A DNA stretch of 64,000 bases, taken from positions 4,133 to 68,132 of the forward strand of contig JBBARP010000008.1 of NCBI GenBank assembly GCA_040399745.1. The letters run 5' to 3'. Under the pieces are notes generated by a model. The model had not been told where the DNA came from and did not search any database. It worked only from the letters and a program-made list of their open reading frames with translations. The DNA comes from Bdellovibrionia bacterium (GTDB lineage Bacteria > Bdellovibrionota > UBA1018). Shown here in pieces: positions 53,780 to 60,990 of this stretch; the first letter of the stretch is position 1, and every line of letters starts with the position of its first letter. The translations under genes were made by a program, and so were the position numbers.

Positions 53780-55090
53780 TTATGGAAACAAGCCGCGAAG
53801 GCGCATGGCTTTGTCCAGGCGGTCCACGCCTGCGATCAGAGCCGCGGTCTTCATGCCGCAGTTGTAGCGTTCACGGATGTCGACCACCTTTTTGAAGGCA
53901 TTCTCCATGACTTCCGCAAGTTTAGCGTTCACTTCACGCTCGCTCCAGAAGAAGTTCTGAAGGCCTTGCACCCATTCAAAGTACGACACGATCACACCGC
54001 CGGCGTTGCAGAGAACGTCGGGGATGATGAATGCGCCGCGGTCTTCGAGCTCTTTCAGGGCTTCCGTGGTGATCGGGCCGTTGGCACCCTCTGCCAGGAT
54101 CTGGGCTTTGACGTTGCGAACGTTCTTAGCCGTAATCACACCGTCAATCGCGCACGGGGCGAGCACGTCGACTTGAAGGGCGAGAAGCTCTTCGTTCGAG
54201 ATGCGTTCGGCTTCGTTGTAGCCAGCCAAGGACCTGTTCTTAGCGACATAGTCCAAGCAGTGAGGAATGTTCAGGCCGTTCTTATTGTAGATTCCGCCCG
54301 ATACATCGCTGACTGCCACGACTTTGCAGCCCAGTTGGTACAGTTCCAGCGCCGCGACTGCGCCCACTTTACCGAAACCATGAATGGCTACGGTGGTGGA
54401 GGAGTCGATTTTCGGAGCCGGCTTGCCTTTGGCTGCCAGGTACTTGGCTGCGTGCTGGATGGTGTAAACCACGCCGCGTCCGGTGGACTCGTTGCGACCT
54501 AGGGAGCCGCCGATTTCCACAGGCTTTCCGGTGACCACGCCCGGAATCGCGAAGCCGCGTTCCTGAGAGTAGGTATCCATCATCCAAGCCATGTGCTGGC
54601 TGTCGGTGCCGACGTCCGGAGCCGGGATGTCCTTGTCCGGACCGATGATCATGTTGATCTCGGTGGTGTAGCGACGCATGAGCGCTTGGTGCTCCTGGCG
54701 AGACAACTGAGTGGGGTCGACCCGAATGCCGCCTTTAGCGCCGCCCAGGGGCAGGCCCACGAGCGAGCACTTGAAGGTCATCAGCATGGCGAGGCCGGCC
54801 ACTTCCGAAAGATTCACTTCGTGGTGGAAGCGGATGCCGCCTTTGCCGGGCCCGAGCGTCATGTTGTGCTGAACGCGGTAGCCTTCAAAAACTTTGATGC
54901 TGCCGTCATCCAAGCGGATGGGAACGCTGACGATCATCGCGCGCTTGGGTACTTTCAGGCGCTCGGCGATGTTCGGATCCAGTTTCATGGTGGTAGCAGC
55001 TTCGGTGAGCTGCATGACTGCGTTGCGGTACAAGTCGCTCGTGTCCCAAAGGTGAGAGCTGAGCGAGCCATTTCCGGGGGAATTGGACAT
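53780..55090 (-). CDS. gdhA: NAD(P)-specific glutamate dehydrogenase
   Basis: KGGIRFHHEVNLSEVAGLAMLMTFKCSLVGLPLGGAKGG catalytic Lys region and GFGKVGAVAA dinucleotide-binding motif. Confidence 0.9.
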   Translation of the reverse strand: MSNSPGNGSLSSHLWDTSDLYRNAVMQLTEAATTMKLDPNIAERLKVPKRAMIVSVPIRLDDGSIKVFEGYRVQHNMTLGPGKGGIRFHHEVNLSEVAGLAMLMTFKCSLVGLPLGGAKGGIRVDPTQLSRQEHQALMRRYTTEINMIIGPDKDIPAPDVGTDSQHMAWMMDTYSQERGFAIPGVVTGKPVEIGGSLGRNESTGRGVVYTIQHAAKYLAAKGKPAPKIDSSTTVAIHGFGKVGAVAALELYQLGCKVVAVSDVSGGIYNKNGLNIPHCLDYVAKNRSLAGYNEAERISNEELLALQVDVLAPCAIDGVITAKNVRNVKAQILAEGANGPITTEALKELEDRGAFIIPDVLCNAGGVIVSYFEWVQGLQNFFWSEREVNAKLAEVMENAFKKVVDIRERYNCGMKTAALIAGVDRLDKAMRLRGLFP

Positions 55091-55180
55091 GGGTTTAAAA
55101 CCTTCTTTCTTGTGAAGTGGGGCGCACCTTATCGATGTTTTCCTCGTGGATCAAGAAAGACTCCTTGGTACGATAAGCCC

Positions 55181-56263
55181 ATGGGAAGCGGCTCAAAGTT
55201 CAGGGTGGTGGTGCTTTTCGGGGGAAGGTCGGGGGAGCATGAGGTTTCGCTCCGTTCGGCGGCTTCGGTGATCCAGCAGCTGGACCGGGCTCGCTTTGAG
55301 ATCATTCCGGTCGGGGTCGACAAGCAAGGCCACTGGCGCTTGCACCGCTTAGAACAGCTAAAGCCTGAGTCGGGCAGTCTGGAAATTTTGGCGGATTCTC
55401 CTGAAGTCCGCTTGGAGGAACTCAAGGCGGACGTCGTTTTCCCGGTCATGCACGGCACTTACTGCGAAGACGGGACGCTCCAAGGCTTTTTGGAGCTGAA
55501 TGACGTCGCTTATGTGGGCTGCGGTGTTTTGGCTTCGTCCGTGGGAATGGACAAGGAAGTGGCCAAGCGCTTAGCACGCGACGCAGGCATCCCTATTGTG
55601 CCTTTTGTGACGGCCCACCACGGAACCTGGAGAGCGAAACTTCCTGAACTTCGCGAAACTGTAGCGCGCGAACTGGGATTCCCGTGCTTTGTGAAGCCTG
55701 CCAACACGGGCTCAAGCCTAGGCGTTCACAAGGTGAAAGACGCAGTCTCCTTGGAAGCCGCGTTGAAAGACGCGTTTCAGTACGGACTGAAAGTCTTGAT
55801 CGAAAAAGCGATCGCAGCTCGTGAAATTGAGTTTTCGGCGCTTGAGAACCCGCAAGGGGAGCCTCACATCAGTATTGCCGGTGAGATTCGGCCTAATCAC
55901 GAGTTCTACAGTTATGAGGCCAAGTATTTAGACGACAACGGCGCAGAGCTTCTGATTCCGGCCAAGCTGGACCAAGCTTTGATGAATCAAGGGACGGAGA
56001 TTGCGCGGCGAGCTTTTCAAGCTTTGGAATGCGAAGGCATGGCCCGAGTCGATTTGTTTTTGGATCGCAACGACGGGCGCCTTTATTTCAACGAAGTGAA
56101 TACACTGCCCGGCTTTACCCAGATTTCGATGTACCCAAAACTTTGGGAAGCTTCGGGCGTTTCCTACCGCGAGCTTCTTTCCCGATTGATCGATCTGGCG
56201 CTGGAGCGGCACCGAAGGAATCGTGAAATTCTCCGGGAATTTCGGGCTGAAAAAGTCGTTTAA
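55181..56263 (+). CDS. ddl: D-alanine--D-alanine ligase
   Basis: MGSGSKFRVVVLFGGRSGEHEVSLRSA N-terminus and ATP-grasp motifs (CFVKPANTGSSLGV, EVNTLPGFT). Track ORF start 54593 is an antisense extension over gdhA. Confidence 0.9.
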   Translation: MGSGSKFRVVVLFGGRSGEHEVSLRSAASVIQQLDRARFEIIPVGVDKQGHWRLHRLEQLKPESGSLEILADSPEVRLEELKADVVFPVMHGTYCEDGTLQGFLELNDVAYVGCGVLASSVGMDKEVAKRLARDAGIPIVPFVTAHHGTWRAKLPELRETVARELGFPCFVKPANTGSSLGVHKVKDAVSLEAALKDAFQYGLKVLIEKAIAAREIEFSALENPQGEPHISIAGEIRPNHEFYSYEAKYLDDNGAELLIPAKLDQALMNQGTEIARRAFQALECEGMARVDLFLDRNDGRLYFNEVNTLPGFTQISMYPKLWEASGVSYRELLSRLIDLALERHRRNREILREFRAEKVV

Positions 56264-56401
56264 GGAGAAGTTTTCCGTTCTGCGGAAAAACAAAGGGCTG
56301 GCCGCCGAGGATGAGTGCGAAGAAAACGGCGCGCTGACAAAAGGTCAGAAAATCTGCGCCGATTGCTGCGTGGGCTTCACCGGGCTTTTGGCGGTCTTTT
56401 T

Positions 56402-57496
56402 TTAGAAAGTGGGCCAGAGTGCCTCCAGACTGAAGAAGACTCCAGTTCCGAGAAGCCCGAAAATCGCCGGCGCGATGCAAAGGAAGAGAGGCTTGAGGAC
56501 TTGGTGGGGCAGCACCGAGAGGGCTTCTTCGACGGCAGAGTCCCACTCGTCTTGAAGACTGCCGAGCACCGCTTCCACTCGCTCCGTGCAGGGGCGCCCC
56601 TCCATCAAGGCCACTTGCAAAGACCTGCGCACTTCGCGCCCCGCGCGCACCAGGCACTCGCGGCCGCGGGACCGGGATCCGGAGCTCGACTCCGTTGCGT
56701 GGGGGCTCGGTATTTCTGCGCCGTCCGAGTCGGGCTCAGAGGCTTCGTCGCCCCACACGGTGCTGCCCCAGGCTCGGGCTAGCGCTGGCGCTTCTTGGCG
56801 CAGCTCTGCCACCATTTCTAGCCAGGCTAAGTCGGACGGGGTCCCGCTTCGAACGTGCGCCAAGAAGCGCTCCAGGCCCGCGGGCGCGGCTAAGACCCAA
56901 GGTTGCTGGCTTGGTCCAAGCCCCGCCCAGCGGGCCTGCTCGGCCAAGCGCTGCATCCAGAGCGCGCCCACGCCAGTCAAAAGCAGAGCTGCGGCGCAAG
57001 CCAGAGTCCATGCGCCCAGGCGAGCAGAGACTCCGGGGAGCAGAGCATAGAGTGAGAACCCCAGGAGCGGCGCCAGTGCCGCCGACAGCGCGGCCTGGGC
57101 CTGCGCTTGGGCTGCGCGCGCTCGGGCGCGCCCCAAGGTGGCGCGCTGGCGTTCCGCCAAACGGCGCACGCGCCTGAGCGTGGGGAGAACCGCTGAACCC
57201 TGCGCCCGGAGTCGAAGTAAAGTACTTTGGGTGAGCTGCTGCCAGGGCGATGGCAGCGAGTGGAGGCGCGCCCAGCGCTCGGAGCTGGGGAGGGCGCCGC
57301 ACTCGAGTGTCTCCTGAATTTCGTGCAGCAGATCGACGACTCGGTCGAGCTCGCGCTCGGGGCTGGGCCGGCGCCACCGAAGGGCGGTCCACTGGACTGG
57401 GATTCGGATTTTCTCGGGGGTTGGTTTTTGGGTGATCGAGAATCGCCCGAAAAAAAGGCCTAAAATGAGCCAGATTTCAATTGCCCAGATTGCCAT
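56402..57496 (-). CDS. hypothetical polytopic membrane protein (possibly T2SS-F/TadB-like topology)
   Basis: ATG at 57496 gives N-terminal TM MAIWAIEIWLILGLFFG. A central TM pair (LLGFSLYALLPGVSARLGAWTLACAAALLLTGVGALWM) and C-terminal TM, with Ala/Arg-rich cytoplasmic segments. No opposing real gene on the plus strand. Confidence 0.4.
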   Translation of the reverse strand: MAIWAIEIWLILGLFFGRFSITQKPTPEKIRIPVQWTALRWRRPSPERELDRVVDLLHEIQETLECGALPSSERWARLHSLPSPWQQLTQSTLLRLRAQGSAVLPTLRRVRRLAERQRATLGRARARAAQAQAQAALSAALAPLLGFSLYALLPGVSARLGAWTLACAAALLLTGVGALWMQRLAEQARWAGLGPSQQPWVLAAPAGLERFLAHVRSGTPSDLAWLEMVAELRQEAPALARAWGSTVWGDEASEPDSDGAEIPSPHATESSSGSRSRGRECLVRAGREVRRSLQVALMEGRPCTERVEAVLGSLQDEWDSAVEEALSVLPHQVLKPLFLCIAPAIFGLLGTGVFFSLEALWPTF

Positions 57497-57607
57497 ACGC
57501 AGAGGCTGACTAAGCAAATAAAGTGCCGGAAGGAGTGGAGTCTTTTGAACTGTAGCTGAACTGCAGACTCGACAAGATGTCTCGGCTCGGGTAATTACCT
57601 GCCGCCT

Positions 57608-58201
57608 ATGCTTTCGAAAATTTTCTATTCGGCTTTGCTGATGGGCTGGGCTTCGGTCGCAGTTCATGCTGAACCCGCAGGCCGCGTGGTCGAGCAGAAG
57701 CTTCTCGACATCACTTTGAAGAACGGTGGCGGCGGCGAGATTCGCACCTTCACCGAGATCGAACCCGGTCATGCGATTTTGAATCGCATCACGATTACGG
57801 GCAACGGGCTCGGTCAGAAGATCAATCAAAATTACACCCCGACCGATTTGACCGACATGCGCAGCAATCATCGTCCGCGCACGATCGTCAGCATTCGCGG
57901 CATGAACGCTTTGACCTTCCTGGCGGGAGACGATTTCGCCATGGAAAAGGGTGGCACCATTGAAGTGGGCTACTTAGCGAGCCCGAACAAGCGCAAATTT
58001 GTGACGGTCAAGATGCAATACGACAACCTTTTGGATCGCTGGTGGATGGTTTATCCAGGCGATTCCAAGAACAAAGGCCCGATTCGATTGCATGGCCTTG
58101 AAATGGACGTTCGCACCGCGCCCGTCGTGGGCCCGGTCGGAATGAAGAGCGTTAAAGGCGTCGACGAGTTCGACCGTAAGTTCGAGATTCAAGCTCAGTA
58201 A
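57608..58201 (+). CDS. small secreted hypothetical protein
   Basis: Signal peptide MLSKIFYSALLMGWASVAVHA. Beta-rich 175-aa mature part, no family recognised. Confidence 0.45.
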   Translation: MLSKIFYSALLMGWASVAVHAEPAGRVVEQKLLDITLKNGGGGEIRTFTEIEPGHAILNRITITGNGLGQKINQNYTPTDLTDMRSNHRPRTIVSIRGMNALTFLAGDDFAMEKGGTIEVGYLASPNKRKFVTVKMQYDNLLDRWWMVYPGDSKNKGPIRLHGLEMDVRTAPVVGPVGMKSVKGVDEFDRKFEIQAQ

Positions 58202-58288
58202 GCAGTCCAGGTTCGGTCCAGAAGTCCAAGCGAAGAGTTCATCAGTGAGCCGGGTGAAAGCCTGGCCAAAAACCACGGGGGTGGGGCA

Positions 58289-59602
58289 GTGCGAGCTTTT
58301 TCGGGAGTGGGTAGAGCCTTTTTGAGCGGACTGGTGGGTGTCGTGGTGGGCACACTGAGCTTCTACGCCCCAGGGGCTTCGGCGGCGAGCGAGCCTTGTT
58401 TGGCATACGGGCTGACGCGAACAGAAGCTCAAGAACTGGATTTCACTTCGCCTCAGTTTTCTTTTCGCTCCCTGCCTGACGCAATCTGGGCCAGCTACCG
58501 ACAGAAAGCTCCGCTTCAGCGCGATCCGGCTGGGGATTTTTCTTTGGCGGCTTGGGCGAAGGAATCGGTTGCAAGAAAAGCGGGCGCAAAGCTCGGTGGG
58601 CGCGCAGGAGTTCAGCGAGAGCAGCGCTACCAAGCGGAAGTCTCCCGCGCGGCCCCGTGTGCTGAGTTGATCTTCGGTGCATCCGTTTGGATTCGCCCGC
58701 GCTATTCCATCACTCAGTGGATTCCCAATCAGCGAGATTCAGAGCTCGTGGACTCACTAGAAGTCAGCGAGGTGGTGCGAAAGCAGTTGGCGCTTGAGCT
58801 TCAAACGGGGGAACTCAGTTTCCATACGGACGCTCAACCCATCCGGGTTCCTGAATTTTCGGCCATGCTGGAACAAGTGATCCGCGAGGAAGTCGCGCAA
58901 GGGGGGCCGTTGCCCACCGTGGGCGACGTTCACAAGTGGGACCCGCGCACTTTTCGTCAGCAGGACGGGCGGTTTTTTCCAGTCCTTCGCTTCTCAAAGC
59001 TTCTCGTAGCTTTGGCGCGCGGTGAAACGGGTCGCTACATGAAAGCCGGGATTGAAGACGATCTTCAGGCTTTCTTGGTTTCTCAGCCCGAGCAAAGCGT
59101 GACGCATCCGGAGCTTTTTCGGCAGGCTTATCGGCTGGCTGGTGGAGATGTCTACACGGCCGTGCTGGGGATCGAATCTTTGCTGTCCAGACACTGGCGC
59201 GATCCGCAGCGGGAGCAGATCGATTTCGTTCGGGCGCTTGAGCCTTACGTGAATAGTTTTGGGAGAAACGCGGACAACTTTGGCACTTGGTACCACTTTT
59301 ACGGGGTCTTGCTTTTGGGCTACGCCGAAGGCGGCGCATGGACGCGGAAAATCGGAGAAATCGAAGCGCTGGGCTCTCACGTTTTAAGTCCGAATGTAGA
59401 TAAAACCCAGAAACGCTGGGTGAATCGCTTGGGCGGGGATGTGGGGAGCCGCCTTCGAAGAAGTGTGGAACACGGCTCCTGGAACTCGGTAGCCAGCAAT
59501 CCGAGCCTGCTGAAGCGTGAAAGCTACTTGAATCGGGATTCAGAAATCCGAGAGCGCGTGACGAGCCGCGCCTTAGAAATCGAAGCCGAACTAGGACCCT
59601 AG
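58289..59602 (+). CDS. secreted hypothetical protein
   Basis: Signal peptide ending ...APGASAAS. Mixed alpha/beta 410-aa mature part with no recognisable catalytic motif. Confidence 0.45.
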   Translation: MRAFSGVGRAFLSGLVGVVVGTLSFYAPGASAASEPCLAYGLTRTEAQELDFTSPQFSFRSLPDAIWASYRQKAPLQRDPAGDFSLAAWAKESVARKAGAKLGGRAGVQREQRYQAEVSRAAPCAELIFGASVWIRPRYSITQWIPNQRDSELVDSLEVSEVVRKQLALELQTGELSFHTDAQPIRVPEFSAMLEQVIREEVAQGGPLPTVGDVHKWDPRTFRQQDGRFFPVLRFSKLLVALARGETGRYMKAGIEDDLQAFLVSQPEQSVTHPELFRQAYRLAGGDVYTAVLGIESLLSRHWRDPQREQIDFVRALEPYVNSFGRNADNFGTWYHFYGVLLLGYAEGGAWTRKIGEIEALGSHVLSPNVDKTQKRWVNRLGGDVGSRLRRSVEHGSWNSVASNPSLLKRESYLNRDSEIRERVTSRALEIEAELGP

Positions 59603-59655
59603 CGGGACTCGAGAGTGATAGCGCGAAGCTTCACATGATGATTCTAGATTTCGCC

Positions 59656-60990
59656 TTATTTCACGGGGATCGGATCGACGATCTGCGTCTGAGTTCCATT
59701 GTCGTGGCTGCGGCAAAGCCAGAGCTTCACGATGTTTCCGGTCGAGAGCCAGCTTTCTTGAGATCCCATGCAGTAGCCGCGCGGCACCGTGCTGACGATT
59801 TCGCCCTGCGGATGGTAGGCAAACTGTTGGGCTGGATCGGCAGGATTACAGGCCACGAGCCGAATCGCACCGAACTTTGGCTGGGTCTCGGGTTTGGGAC
59901 CGGCAGGAATCTCAGGAACGGCTAAGCATTGGCCGCTTCCTTTGGCGATGATTGAGTACATGGGAAGAACCGTCGCAAACATCAGCGGTTTTTGGGTCGC
60001 TGAGTTTGAAAGCGCTTGGAACTCAAAACGCTGGGAAAGGTTCGCACTCGAGCAGTTTTGAACCTTGAGGTCTGAAGCGCCAGCTTCCCAGCAGTAGTCC
60101 GGCCTGTCTGCGGGCTGCATTTTTACTCGGAGCTGAAGAAGAACCGGTCCTGCTGGCACGGCTGGATCGGTGGGTGCGCCTGCGGAAGTGCCAGTCGTAG
60201 TGCCGCCCGACGTAGTGCCGCCCGACGTAGTGCCGCCAGTCGTGGTGCCGCCAGTCGTGGTGCCGCCAGTCGTGGTGCCGCCAGTCGTAGTGCCGCCAGT
60301 CGTAGTGCCGCTGGTCGTAGTGCCACCGGTCGTAGTGCCGCCGGTCGTAGTGCCGCCGGTCGTAGTGCCGCCGGTCGTAGTGCCGCCAGCACCGAGACGG
60401 ACCACTTCGATCCCCGCAAGGTGAGCATCGCCTTGGCTTGCTGTGAGCGTTAGGTCGAGGACGCCGTCTGAGACCGACGTCTTGAAGGACGCTTTTTCAA
60501 AGAAGCCGTAGTCTAAGAAGCTGAAGTCGCTTCGGACGCCTCTTCCTTCGAGGGTGACGGCTATTTTTCTAAACTTGGATTGATAATTCTCGCGTGCCCA
60601 AAGATTCACCACGTAGTCTCCGCGGCTAGGCACGGGGATTTTGATCGTGAGCGGTGCAGTGCCTTGAGTGTGAATCACACTTTGAAGCAGCTGATCGGTG
60701 CCTCGGTCAATTTGAGGAAGATTCGAGCCACCTTGAATGGGGCCACTGTAAGTGGAGTAAGCGCCCGCGATCTGGATCTTTCCTTGAGTCAGGGACTCTT
60801 GGAAAGCAGAGTAGGTTTGCCCGTCGGCCTGAACCGAAGGACCGTTTAGGTTCACTCGCGCAACCAAGAGGTCCGCGCTACTGCCGCCGGTTACGGGACC
60901 CGCTAGGTTTTCCTGGCTCTTCGTTTTTACTTTGGAACAGCCGGACGCAAGGATAGACGCCAGGCTGAGACCGATTAAGAGGTTTTTCAT
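59656..60990 (-). CDS. surface lipoprotein with N-terminal malectin/CBM-like module, (TTTGG)n linker and C-terminal ricin-B (beta-trefoil) lectin domain
   Basis: Lipobox LASGC. N-domain ends ...GDAHLAGIEVVRLGAG (malectin-like flavour, weak). 14 x TTTGG linker. C-terminal three-fold repeat with Cys pairs and Q-x-F/W motifs (QRFEF, QQFAY, CMGSQESWL), consistent with a ricin-type beta-trefoil. Confidence 0.6.
   Translation of the reverse strand: MKNLLIGLSLASILASGCSKVKTKSQENLAGPVTGGSSADLLVARVNLNGPSVQADGQTYSAFQESLTQGKIQIAGAYSTYSGPIQGGSNLPQIDRGTDQLLQSVIHTQGTAPLTIKIPVPSRGDYVVNLWARENYQSKFRKIAVTLEGRGVRSDFSFLDYGFFEKASFKTSVSDGVLDLTLTASQGDAHLAGIEVVRLGAGGTTTGGTTTGGTTTGGTTTGGTTTSGTTTGGTTTGGTTTGGTTTGGTTTGGTTSGGTTSGGTTTGTSAGAPTDPAVPAGPVLLQLRVKMQPADRPDYCWEAGASDLKVQNCSSANLSQRFEFQALSNSATQKPLMFATVLPMYSIIAKGSGQCLAVPEIPAGPKPETQPKFGAIRLVACNPADPAQQFAYHPQGEIVSTVPRGYCMGSQESWLSTGNIVKLWLCRSHDNGTQTQIVDPIPVK
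60183..60392. repeat. 15-bp perfect/near-perfect tandem repeat x about 14 (in-frame, encodes Thr-Thr-Thr-Gly-Gly linker)
   Basis: Unit CGTAGTGCCGCC[A/C/G]G[T/A] repeated head-to-tail. Both strands and several frames stay open across it, which creates the artefactual track ORFs 60123-60428 and 60170-60424. Confidence 0.85.

Noticed and set aside
54593-55180. N-terminal 196-aa extension of the ddl ORF in the track
   Set aside because: This portion is antisense to gdhA and lacks Ddl homology. The Ddl N-terminus (MGSGSKFRVVVLFGGRSGEHEVS) starts at ATG 55181.
56223-56405. 60-aa ORF ending in a Cys-rich hydrophobic tail (KICADCCVGFTGLLAVFF) at the ddl 3' end
   Set aside because: Starts inside ddl in another frame. 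No in-frame start codon within the intergenic part and no RBS. The hydrophobic tail arises from the T-rich terminator-like sequence. Insufficient support.
56586-57392. Plus-strand ORFs 56586-57050, 56695-57177 and minus ORF 56736-57392 (Ala/Arg/Pro-rich)
   Set aside because: Low-complexity translations overlapping the more plausible membrane-protein gene 56402-57496. Considered GC artefacts. Flagged only because this whole locus deserves expression evidence.
60123-60428. ORFs 60123-60428(-) (ALRPA repeats) and 60170-60424(+) (VVPPV repeats)
   Set aside because: Both are generated by the 15-bp tandem repeat, which is open in all frames. The biologically sensible frame is the (TTTGG)n linker of the 59656-60990 lipoprotein. 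Not a CRISPR array: units are contiguous, with no spacers.
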